Source: Salinispira sp. (GTDB taxonomy: Bacteria > Spirochaetota > Spirochaetia > DSM-27196 > Salinispiraceae). From it: a stretch of DNA of 64,000 nt. How positions within the stretch are numbered: the stretch's first letter is position 1; each line of letters opens with the position of its first letter. The translations under genes were made by a program, and so were the position numbers. The stretch covers positions 96,001-160,000 of the forward strand of contig OZ271918.1 in the NCBI GenBank assembly GCA_965602015.1. Direction: 5' to 3'. Below the pieces are notes generated by a model. The model saw nothing but the letters and a program-made list of their open reading frames with translations, did no database searches and had not been told where the DNA came from. Shown here one piece after another: positions 19,225-28,093 of this stretch.

Positions 19225-21423
19225 ATGAAGCGGCTTATTGAAATCGAAGACGGCTGTCTTTTTGCGGTGGACGATCTCCGCCTGCATCCGGGAAAAGCCA
19301 TGCCCTTTGGCGCAACGCCCACTCCTCACGGTGTGCAGTTTTCCATTTTCAGCCGCAACGCCACCGATGTTTGGCTTCTTCTCTACGACGAAGAAACCGA
19401 TGAATCTCCCCGCTATGAAATCAGGCTGCGGCCCGAGTGCAATAAAACCGGTGATTGCTGGCATGTAATGATAGAAGGGCTAAAACCCGGGCAACTCTAT
19501 CTGTACCGAATGGACGGACCCTTCGACCCCGACAGCGGGCACCGCTTCAACAAGCACAAGGTGCTGTTCGATCCCTATGCGAAGGCCCTGACCGGCGGCT
19601 TCCGATGGGATTTGAGGGAGGCCTTCGCCTACATTCCCGGGCACCCAGAAGCCGATTTATCGTTCTCGAGCATTCAGGATGACGGGGCAATGCCGAAGTG
19701 TGTGGTGTTGGACGACGATTTCGAATGGAAGGGCGACCGTCCTCTGAATTACCCTCTTCGCAACACGGTTATTTACGAGACCCACGTACGAGGGCTGACC
19801 CAGCACCCCAGCGCTGCTTCCCGTTTCGGTGTAAAACATCCGGGAACCTTTCGGGGCGTCATCGAAATGATTCCCTATTTGAAGGAACTTGGCGTTACCA
19901 GCCTCGAATTGCTCCCGGTACAGGAATTCGACGAGTTCGAGTATGAGGAGCGCAGCAATCCCTTTACCGGCGAAGCCCTGAAGAATTACTGGGGCTATTC
20001 CACCATCGCCTTTTTCGCGCCAAAGGCCAGCTACGCCCACAGTCACCATCTGGGGGGGCAGGTCCGGGAATTCAAGGAAATGGTGAGGGAGCTTCACTCC
20101 GCGGGAATAGAGATCATCCTGGACATCGTCTTCAATCACAGCGGCGAAGGCGATCAGATGGGCCATACCTTCAGCTTCAAGGGCATCGACAACCGAATTT
20201 ACTACATGCTCGCTCCCCAACCCCGTTATTACATGAACTATTCGGGTTGCGGCAACACCCTGAATTGCAATCACCCGGTTGTTCGGGGAATGATTATCGA
20301 AGCACTGCGATACTGGGTGCAGGAAATGCATGTCGACGGATTCCGCTTCGACCTTGGCTCAATTCTGGGTCGCGATGAAAGGGGGGAACTGATGGATAAT
20401 CCTCCGGTTCTCGAGCGGATTTCTCACGATCCGGTTCTCCGGGACACAAAAATCATCGCCGAGGCCTGGGACGCCGGCGGGGCATACCAGGTGGGCAATT
20501 TTCCCGGAGGACGATGGGCCGAATGGAACGACCGCTACCGGGACGACATCCGGTCCTTCTGGAAGGGAGACTGGCACAAGGTCAGCGACTTCGCCACCCG
20601 ATTCGGAGGAAGCTCGGACCTGTACCTTCAGACCGGACGCAAGCCCTTTCATTCCATCAATTACATAACCGCCCATGACGGATTCACCCTAAACGATCTT
20701 GTAAGCTACAACGACAAGCACAACGAAGCAAACGGCGAGGAAAACCGCGACGGTCATAACCATAACCTGAGCTACAACTACGGCGTCGAAGGTGAAAGCG
20801 ATGACCCGGGTATTCTTGAAATCCGAAACCGGATGGTGAAGAACATGCTGGCCACCCTTTTGCTCTCGAGCGGTACGCCCATGCTCCTGGGAGGGGACGA
20901 ACTGCGGAGGACCCAGAACGGGAACAACAATGCCTATTGTCAGGATAACGAGATTTCCTGGTACGACTACCGTCGGCTCGACGAGCATCCCGACGTGTAC
21001 CGCTTCGCCCGGATGCTTATCGCATTCCGAAAGAACCATCCCGCCCTTCAGCGCCAGGAATTCTACGCCGGAAGGGACCTGTCTCAGAACCAGGTGTTGG
21101 ATATCAGTTGGTTCAATGAATTCGGAGATGACATGGACTGGGGTCGGAATCTCAACATTCTGGCGGTGCGCATAGACGGAAGCCAAAAAGAAATCCATGC
21201 CGATCAGGATGACAACGACCTGCTTCTTTTGTTCAATGCCAGCGGAGACAATGTGGATTTCTTTATCATCCAGCCAAAACCGGGCCAGCGATGGTACCGG
21301 GTGGTCGATACGGGTCTCGAAAGTCCCCAGGACGCGGTGGAAGAAGAAGACGCCCCCCGGGTCGACGAGTTGAGCAACTATCTGGTTCGCAGCAGGTCCC
21401 TGGTTGTCCTCATTTCCCGCTAG
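19225..21423 (+). CDS. glgX: Glycogen debranching enzyme GlgX (isoamylase, GH13)
   Basis: NYWGYST, DIVFNHS, DGFRFDL, IAEAWD, TAHDGFTL, GNNNAYCQDNEISW. Confidence 0.96.
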   Translation: MKRLIEIEDGCLFAVDDLRLHPGKAMPFGATPTPHGVQFSIFSRNATDVWLLLYDEETDESPRYEIRLRPECNKTGDCWHVMIEGLKPGQLYLYRMDGPFDPDSGHRFNKHKVLFDPYAKALTGGFRWDLREAFAYIPGHPEADLSFSSIQDDGAMPKCVVLDDDFEWKGDRPLNYPLRNTVIYETHVRGLTQHPSAASRFGVKHPGTFRGVIEMIPYLKELGVTSLELLPVQEFDEFEYEERSNPFTGEALKNYWGYSTIAFFAPKASYAHSHHLGGQVREFKEMVRELHSAGIEIILDIVFNHSGEGDQMGHTFSFKGIDNRIYYMLAPQPRYYMNYSGCGNTLNCNHPVVRGMIIEALRYWVQEMHVDGFRFDLGSILGRDERGELMDNPPVLERISHDPVLRDTKIIAEAWDAGGAYQVGNFPGGRWAEWNDRYRDDIRSFWKGDWHKVSDFATRFGGSSDLYLQTGRKPFHSINYITAHDGFTLNDLVSYNDKHNEANGEENRDGHNHNLSYNYGVEGESDDPGILEIRNRMVKNMLATLLLSSGTPMLLGGDELRRTQNGNNNAYCQDNEISWYDYRRLDEHPDVYRFARMLIAFRKNHPALQRQEFYAGRDLSQNQVLDISWFNEFGDDMDWGRNLNILAVRIDGSQKEIHADQDDNDLLLLFNASGDNVDFFIIQPKPGQRWYRVVDTGLESPQDAVEEEDAPRVDELSNYLVRSRSLVVLISR

Positions 21424-22228
21424 CACCGGACCCGGAAATCAGGTCGCGGATGTGGTAGTACCCGCCGCTTTCCAGTTTTTCAAAGTCCAAGGAAAGAATA
21501 GCCTCGGCGACCTGCCTGGCGTCCCGCACCTGGCCGTCCCGGGACGCATTGCGGAAAAACTCAACCTCCGGAAAATCATCGGACTCCTTCGAACGAATTA
21601 TTTCCTGCATATTCGTCTCAACCATGCCCGGTGAAATCGCATAGGCCTTAACGGGCCAGATTGATTCTTTCTGTTCGGCGGCGATGCTGAGACTCGCCAT
21701 GTTTAACGCCGCCTTGCTCATGGAGTACAGGGCTGCGCCGGGCATTGGCCCCTTAGAAGCGCCGGAACTGATATTGATAATCCGCTTAGCCGGTGTTTCC
21801 AGCTGCTGAAATTGCCCTGCGAACCAGCCGCTGAGCAGCGCCGGGGCAAGGCTGTTCGCCTGGAGGGCGTGGGCGGCTTCGGTGATTCTGCCGTCGTCTC
21901 GCCACAGGGAGGAGAGAAGTTGGAGGGGGCCGAGAACCGCCGCGTTGTTTACCAGCTCAACGGATGAAGCTGTGCCGTGCTTTGCGAAGAACTGATCGCA
22001 CAACTTCGTTAGCTCGCCAGTCAATGCGCGATAAATGCTGTGATCCGCCAGGTCCCCCCGCACACTTCTATACCACAGGCAGGACGCATTGAGCTCCCGG
22101 TCCAGCTCGGCATTGGCCCGCCTGGATATGGCGATGAGTCCAAGGCGTTCGCCCTGTTTCTCGGCGCTGACTTCCGCAAGCTGCCTTCCGATTCCCCTGC
22201 TGTAGCCCGTAATGATCATGAATTTCAT
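21410..22228 (-). CDS. Short-chain dehydrogenase/reductase (YueD/benzil or sepiapterin reductase-like)
   Basis: ITGYSRGIG, NNAA, NISSGAS, YSMSK, PGMVETNMQ; ATG 22228 after GGAGG. Confidence 0.88.
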   Translation of the reverse strand: MKFMIITGYSRGIGRQLAEVSAEKQGERLGLIAISRRANAELDRELNASCLWYRSVRGDLADHSIYRALTGELTKLCDQFFAKHGTASSVELVNNAAVLGPLQLLSSLWRDDGRITEAAHALQANSLAPALLSGWFAGQFQQLETPAKRIINISSGASKGPMPGAALYSMSKAALNMASLSIAAEQKESIWPVKAYAISPGMVETNMQEIIRSKESDDFPEVEFFRNASRDGQVRDARQVAEAILSLDFEKLESGGYYHIRDLISGSGASGK

Positions 22229-22329
22229 ATCAGTTCCTCCCCGGGTATTGTGTGGTTGTGTACAGTATATTGAATTATCCGGGATTCCGGAACTTGACAA
22301 CAGGCAGACATGAGATCATATTTATCGGC

Positions 22330-22645
22330 AACGGCGCTAATGAAGACGAGTAATCGGTACGGGCTCCCACAGAGAGGAAATCCCCGGCTGGAAGATTTCC
22401 GGTGCCCGCCGACGAAAACCCCTTCACAGCTGCGGCCTGGAACGGAAGCGGAATGCTCCCCTGCTTAACGGCGTAATGAGCTTCACGTCCTCCAACTATA
22501 GGCCGCCGGTTTTCCCCGTCACGGAACGGACCCGGGATGCGACGCATCAGGAGCGCTGTCTCCAACGTCCGGGGACGAGTGCCCGGCCTCTACGCCGGGA
22601 AGTAAGGTGGTACCGCGGAAGGACGTTGCTCCTTTCGTCCTTATG
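22330..22645 (+). promoter_or_regulatory. T-box riboswitch with a Thr (ACC) specifier upstream of thrS
   Basis: Stem I motifs AGTA, AGAGA, GGCTG and GAA-A-ACC (ACC at 22418-22420); T-box AAGGTGGTACCGCG at 22604-22617 with a CGTCCTT partner strand; possible TTGACA-17-CATATT promoter at 22294-22322. Confidence 0.9.
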
Positions 22646-22752
22646 ACATACTGCAATAATGTCCGGCGGACAATTGCTGATGCGGTGCCTATACCACGAG
22701 TATTCCCCTGTCAGCACACGGTTCTCCGGCGGCACATCTCCAGGAGGTGCGT

Positions 22753-24534
22753 ATGTCTGAGGCAGTTGTCGCTCAAAAATCGAGCGAAGCCCAGAACAAT
22801 GAGGACCGGTTGTACCGGATCCGACACACTGTGGCCCATATCATGGCTGAAGCAGTGCTGAAGAAGTTTCCCGATGCGAAAATCGCCATCGGGCCGCCGA
22901 TCGATAATGGTTTCTATTACGATTTTGATCTCCCCCAGGCATTGAGGGAAGAGGATCTGGCGGAAATCGAAGCAGAGATGCAGGAGATCGTCAAAGGCAA
23001 GTACGATCTGGCGAAAAAGGTCATTACCCGGGACGAGGCCAAGAGCCTTTTTGCCGACCAGCCATACAAGCTGGAGCTGGTGGACGCGATTCCTGCGGAA
23101 GACGAGGTGAGCCTTTACACTGTCGACAAGTTCACCGATCTGTGCCGCGGTCCGCATGTGGAGAACACCCGCGACATCAACTGGAAGAGCTTCAAGCTGC
23201 TGCGGATAGCCGGGGCATACTGGCGCGGCGATTCCACCCGGCCCATGCTTACCCGAATCTACGGTACCGCCTGGGAGGATCCCAAACAGCTTCGTCTGTA
23301 TCTCGATCACCTCAAAGAGATTGAGAAACGGGACCACCGAAACCTCGGGCGCGACCTCGAGCTTTTCCACATCGAAGATGAGAACCCGGGTCAGATTTTC
23401 TGGCATCCCAAGGGCTGGAGCATTTATCTCGAAATCCAGAACTATGTCCGTCGAAAAATCAGCGCCCAGGGTTACCGCGAGGTAAACACTCCTTCGGTTA
23501 TGCCCAAGACCCTTTGGGACCGTTCAGGACACTGGGCAAAATATAAGGAAAACATGTTTGTCACCGAGAGTGAAAAGCGGGAATTCGCCCTAAAGCCGAT
23601 GAACTGTCCAGGTCATATCGAGATATTCAAGAAAGGACTAAAAAGCTATCGCGATCTTCCGCTGAGAATAGCTGAGTTCGGCAGCTGTACCCGCAATGAG
23701 CCAAGCGGAGCCCTTCACGGCATCATGCGGGTCAGGGGCTTTGTCCAGGACGACGCGCATATTTTTTGTACCGAGGAACAGATCGGCGATGAGGTAACCC
23801 TTTTCGTCGAACTGCTCAAGGACATGTATGCGGATTTCGGCTTCGGGGACGACAGCATCATCGTCAAGTTTTCCACCAGGCCGGAAAAACGGGTCGGAGA
23901 CGACGCAACCTGGGATCGGGCGGAGGCTGCCCTGGAAGCTGCCTGTCGTCAGGCTAAGCTGGATTACGAGGTCGCCGAAGGCGAAGGGGCGTTCTACGGC
24001 CCCAAGCTCGAGTTCACCCTGGTCGATGCCCTGGGCCGTCACTGGCAGTGCGGAACCATTCAGGTCGATTACCAGCTGCCGTCCGCCGAGCGGCTAAATG
24101 CGAGCTACGTGGGCGAGGACGGCGAAAAACATGCCCCGGTCCTGCTGCACCGGGCGGTTCTGGGCAGCCTTGAGCGCTTTATCGGCATCCTCATTGAACA
24201 GTATGCCGGGGCCTTCCCCGTCTGGCTGTCTCCCGATCAAGCGGTGGTTATTCCCGTCGGTCCAGCCTTCGAAGACGGCGCGGCAAAGCTCGCCCAAGCG
24301 CTTCGCGCCCGGGGCTTGAAGGTCAGAGCAGATAACAGCGACGCCCGGATGAACGCAAAAATCCGCAAGCATCAAAAGCAAAAGGTGCCGTACATGCTCA
24401 TTGTCGGCGAAAAAGAATTGGCCGAAGGGACGGTGTCAGTTCGCACCAGAACCAATGAGCAGATGAACGGCATGCCCCTCGAGGAGTTTATTTCTTTTAT
24501 CGAGGAGAAAATTGCGAGCAAGGCGGTTTTGTAG
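22753..24534 (+). CDS. thrS: Threonine--tRNA ligase (no N-terminal TGS domain)
   Basis: [52 protein letters not shown] 22753 after GGAGG. Confidence 0.98.
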   Translation: MSEAVVAQKSSEAQNNEDRLYRIRHTVAHIMAEAVLKKFPDAKIAIGPPIDNGFYYDFDLPQALREEDLAEIEAEMQEIVKGKYDLAKKVITRDEAKSLFADQPYKLELVDAIPAEDEVSLYTVDKFTDLCRGPHVENTRDINWKSFKLLRIAGAYWRGDSTRPMLTRIYGTAWEDPKQLRLYLDHLKEIEKRDHRNLGRDLELFHIEDENPGQIFWHPKGWSIYLEIQNYVRRKISAQGYREVNTPSVMPKTLWDRSGHWAKYKENMFVTESEKREFALKPMNCPGHIEIFKKGLKSYRDLPLRIAEFGSCTRNEPSGALHGIMRVRGFVQDDAHIFCTEEQIGDEVTLFVELLKDMYADFGFGDDSIIVKFSTRPEKRVGDDATWDRAEAALEAACRQAKLDYEVAEGEGAFYGPKLEFTLVDALGRHWQCGTIQVDYQLPSAERLNASYVGEDGEKHAPVLLHRAVLGSLERFIGILIEQYAGAFPVWLSPDQAVVIPVGPAFEDGAAKLAQALRARGLKVRADNSDARMNAKIRKHQKQKVPYMLIVGEKELAEGTVSVRTRTNEQMNGMPLEEFISFIEEKIASKAVL

Positions 24535-24641
24535 AATTACCGATGATTGCAGGCCGCTGACAGCGTGGCGGCCTGCGTGTTATGCCCCGCAGAAATTCCC
24601 GGCTATTCCAGACCGGGCAACAGCGAGGAAAAGGAGAACAC

Positions 24642-26174
24642 ATGACAGCGAAACAGGCAGTCGGCAGACTGCAAGAGATCGGCGAGGAACTCAAGATTTG
24701 GAGCGGAATCGGTTCGCTTCTCGGCTGGGATCAGGAAACCTATATGCCCGAAAAGGCGGTTCTCGAGAGAAGCAAACAGCAGGCCGCACTGAGCAGTCTG
24801 CTTCACGAGAAAGGCACCAGCCCGGAAATCGGAAAACTCCTGGAAAATCTCGGGGCAGACGAAAACAATCTCATGGGCGACGATGCAGTCTGCGCCGACC
24901 TCACCGAAACGGAACGGGCTTTGATCAGGGTTTTCTACAGGGATTACACCAAGGAAACCAAGCTGCCTGCCGATCTCGTCAAGGAGCTGTCCGAAACCAG
25001 AAGCCAGGCACAGGCCGTTTGGGCAAAGGCTAAGCAGGACAACGATTTCCCCAGCTTCCAGCCCTGGCTGGAAAAACTCATAGACCTAAAACTCCGCACC
25101 GCCGACGCATACGGCTGGAGTGACAACCCCTACGACCCTCTGCTCGATGAGTACGAGCCCGGCATGAAGACCGCCGATGTGGACCGGGTGTTTACCGCCC
25201 TGAAAGCCGATCTGGTTCCCCTGGTTCAAAAAATCGCCGATGCGAAACAGGTGGACAACAGTTTTCTTACCAAGCACTATCCCGCAGATCTGCAGGAAAA
25301 ATTCGGCCTGTTTGTGCTTGAAAAACTGAATTACCCCATGGACCGGGGGCGCTTGGATGTCACCGCTCATCCCTTCACCACCGAACTCGGCTCCGACGAC
25401 ATCCGCATTACGACGCGCTACCTGGAGGACTTTTTTAACTCGTCGCTGTACAGCATCGTCCATGAGGCGGGGCACGGCCTGTACGAGTTGGGCATGGGAG
25501 AAGATATCCGAGGCAACGTCCTCGCCGGCGGGACCAGCCTGGGCATTCACGAATCCCAGTCGAGGACCTGGGAGAACCTGGTCGGACGAAGCCGGGAGTT
25601 CTGGCAGTATTTCCTGCCCCATCTCGTAAAGATCTTCCCTGAAAACCTCAAGGGGGTTGACGTCGAGGGTATGTGGAAGGCGGTCAACAAGGTCGAGCCC
25701 TCGTTCATCAGGGTCGAAGCCGACGAAGTCACCTACAGCCTTCACGTCATGCTTAGATTCGAGCTCGAGAAGAAGCTCATCAACCGTCAACTTGCGGTAA
25801 AAGACCTTCCCGAAGCCTGGAACGAGGGCATGCGGGAGATGCTTGGCATCGTGCCCGCAAATGATGCGGAAGGCTGTCTGCAGGATGTCCATTGGAGCTT
25901 TGGTCTTTTTGGCTATTTTCCCACCTACGCTCTGGGTAACCTCTACGGCTCCCAGTTTTGGAATAGCATGATGAAGGACCTGCCGAATACCTATGAGAAA
26001 ATGGCTGCAGGAGACTTTTCAGAGATTCTCGGTTGGCTGCGAAGCAAAATTCACCGGCATGGCTCCGCAAAAACTGCTGATGAACTCGCTCTCGAAGTCA
26101 CCGGAGAGGCTCTCAATGCCCAGTACTTCGTCGACTATCTCAATAAAAAATACGGCGAAGTGTACGGCCTCTGA
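24642..26174 (+). CDS. Carboxypeptidase M32 (Taq-like)
   Basis: HPF, DIRITTRY, HEAGH (HEXXH), HESQS, IRVEADE, GCLQDVHW; ATG 24642 after AGGAG. Confidence 0.95.
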   Translation: MTAKQAVGRLQEIGEELKIWSGIGSLLGWDQETYMPEKAVLERSKQQAALSSLLHEKGTSPEIGKLLENLGADENNLMGDDAVCADLTETERALIRVFYRDYTKETKLPADLVKELSETRSQAQAVWAKAKQDNDFPSFQPWLEKLIDLKLRTADAYGWSDNPYDPLLDEYEPGMKTADVDRVFTALKADLVPLVQKIADAKQVDNSFLTKHYPADLQEKFGLFVLEKLNYPMDRGRLDVTAHPFTTELGSDDIRITTRYLEDFFNSSLYSIVHEAGHGLYELGMGEDIRGNVLAGGTSLGIHESQSRTWENLVGRSREFWQYFLPHLVKIFPENLKGVDVEGMWKAVNKVEPSFIRVEADEVTYSLHVMLRFELEKKLINRQLAVKDLPEAWNEGMREMLGIVPANDAEGCLQDVHWSFGLFGYFPTYALGNLYGSQFWNSMMKDLPNTYEKMAAGDFSEILGWLRSKIHRHGSAKTADELALEVTGEALNAQYFVDYLNKKYGEVYGL

Positions 26175-26206
26175 TTGAATTCATCCTTCTGACCGTTATA
26201 GATTCT

Positions 26207-26242
26207 AGCCCCGGCATTGCACAACGCTGCCGGGGCTTTTTT
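26207..26242 (+). terminator. Intrinsic terminator after the M32 peptidase gene
   Basis: AGCCCCGGCA...TGCCGGGGCT followed by a T run. Confidence 0.85.
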
Positions 26243-26293
26243 ATTGGTATTTTTTCCCGCTGGGGGCAGATAGCTGCCGATAAGGATAGTGGA

Positions 26294-26593
26294 ATGCAGG
26301 TCGTACTCTATAAAAAAACAGTGAAAAACAATCTCTACTATTATTCGATAGACGACCGCCAGCAGTCGCTGTTTCATCCCCATGCCATTACTGTCCGCTG
26401 GGGCAGCAAGCCTGACGGAGGCAGGGAAAAACAGTATTATTTTATCTCCGAGACAGAAAAAAACCGGAAAATCCGCAGTCTTCTAAAGGTCAAGCTCAAG
26501 GAATATGAAGTGCTCTACAGCTACTTCAAGGATATGCAGCAAAAGGGCCGGGAGATCCTCAGCGCCGACCTGGCAGACCGCATTACTTCCTGA
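26294..26593 (+). CDS. Small hypothetical protein (WGR-domain-like)
   Basis: 99 aa; the YYYSIDDRQQSLF...VRWGS pattern resembles WGR domains. Confidence 0.55.
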   Translation: MQVVLYKKTVKNNLYYYSIDDRQQSLFHPHAITVRWGSKPDGGREKQYYFISETEKNRKIRSLLKVKLKEYEVLYSYFKDMQQKGREILSADLADRITS

Positions 26594-26629
26594 GAAATCG
26601 TCGCATGGTCGCCTCGTCTCCCCGGGAAA

Positions 26630-26650
26630 ATCAGCTGTTTTCGGGGCACT
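26630..26650. mobile_element. Solitary terminal inverted repeat of the IS at 57350-58602
   Basis: ATCAGCTGTTTTCGGGGCACT matches the IS right end ATCAGCTGTTTTGGGGGCACT at 20 of 21 positions. Confidence 0.8.
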
Positions 26651-26665
26651 CCACTGTGGCTAACT

Positions 26666-27526
26666 CTAACCGTCGTTTCGTAGGTCTGAAACAAACGCAA
26701 TAATTTTCTCAATGAGCGATATTACCAATACCGGTGCAGCTATCCATTCTGCTATTCCGCTGATCAGCGGATAAAAGTCCCGAAGCGGCGGGACGAACTG
26801 AAGCAGGGCGATGGCATACACAGTCATGGTCAGGAAGATGGATGCCTTGGCGAGAAGGCTGGAATGATGCGGGGTTATGCCTCCCCGGGTAATCATCAGA
26901 ATTCCCGCAGCCGCCCACTGGAAGAACAACCGCGCCATCACCACAATAAAAAACCAATCGGGCAGCAGGTCGAATATGATATATGCGATTGAAAGCGAAA
27001 TAAGAACTGCATAATCGCTCATGCTGTCCAGATATGCCCCGATTTGTGTCGTTTCATGAAGGCGGCGGCTGATATTTCCGTCCAGGAAATCGGTGATAAA
27101 CGCAAGGAACACGTAGCTGATCAGGGGAACGAGCACCCGATGGTTTGGAAGCAGGATTATCAGGAAAACGATGGACGGCAAGCTGCTTATTCTCAACAGG
27201 GTAATAAAAATCGGAATGTTGATTCGAGAGAGTGCTGAAGAGTCCCGGGTATGCACGAAGAAATCCAGCATATTCGATAGTATGAGCATGATGAGCAGGT
27301 GGTGAATAAACAGAATCGCCAAGAATGCCAATAAATCGCTGAATGACACTGAGATGAATATCCCGATGAGAATTATTGCCGTTCCGTGCAGCATAAAGAG
27401 GCCGGACAGGTTAAGGGTCAGATTCAGCAAGAGCCGGTGCCGCCGGGATCTCTGTTTCATGACATCAGCATAGGTAATGCCCTCTGAGCCGTCAAGAACT
27501 GCAATTGACCTGAGACTGCCCATCAC
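26666..27526 (-). CDS. CDP-alcohol phosphatidyltransferase family protein with an extra N-terminal TM region
   Basis: ITLLRI, TDFLDGNISRR..TTQIGAYLDSMSD signature; start may instead be at 27460. Confidence 0.85.
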   Translation of the reverse strand: MMGSLRSIAVLDGSEGITYADVMKQRSRRHRLLLNLTLNLSGLFMLHGTAIILIGIFISVSFSDLLAFLAILFIHHLLIMLILSNMLDFFVHTRDSSALSRINIPIFITLLRISSLPSIVFLIILLPNHRVLVPLISYVFLAFITDFLDGNISRRLHETTQIGAYLDSMSDYAVLISLSIAYIIFDLLPDWFFIVVMARLFFQWAAAGILMITRGGITPHHSSLLAKASIFLTMTVYAIALLQFVPPLRDFYPLISGIAEWIAAPVLVISLIEKIIAFVSDLRNDG

Positions 27527-27553
27527 CTAAGCTGTATTTGAACGGAGGTTTTC

Positions 27554-28093
27554 ATGATCAAGGCCTTGGGTAAACTGATAGCGGGGATCAATGGAAATCA
27601 GCGGCCCGGTGAAATTGCGGGGGGATTTGCATGCGGCGTCTTTCTCGGCCTGCTTCCCGGCGGTAATCTATTCTGGTGGCTATTTTTCCTGCTTTTTGCG
27701 CTGGTAAAAATACACAAAGGAGCGTTTTTACTCAGCCTCCTCCTTTCATCGCTGCTCCTCAGTTTTATCGATCCGCTGCTTCACCGCAGCGGTTATGCCC
27801 TGCTCACCGCCGAATCCCTCTACCCCTTGTGGTCGTGGTTCGCAGGGCAGCCTCTGGCAGGATTTACCCGGTTTAATAACAGCCTTGTAATGGGAGCCCT
27901 GGCTTTCGGTTTGCCTATCTGGTTGATTTCATATGTGCTGTCCCGTCTGTTTCTTCAGCTGTACCGCAGAGTCATCCGGGACAGATTTATCAGACCAAAG
28001 CTCATTCCATGGCTAAAAAAGATTCCCTTGGTTAAATATGTCGTAGTTTTTTTCGAAACCCTTGCGCGGGCGGCGGAGGCGGCATGGCACTGA
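27554..28093 (+). CDS. TIGR03546 family membrane protein
   Basis: PGEIAGGFACGVFLGLLP, DPLLHRSG, FTRFNNSLVMG; paired with the next gene. Confidence 0.8.
   Translation: MIKALGKLIAGINGNQRPGEIAGGFACGVFLGLLPGGNLFWWLFFLLFALVKIHKGAFLLSLLLSSLLLSFIDPLLHRSGYALLTAESLYPLWSWFAGQPLAGFTRFNNSLVMGALAFGLPIWLISYVLSRLFLQLYRRVIRDRFIRPKLIPWLKKIPLVKYVVVFFETLARAAEAAWH

Noticed and set aside
22753..22820. ThrRS lacking the TGS domain as a sign of damage
   Set aside because: The editing and catalytic motifs are intact, and TGS-less ThrRS is a known natural form.
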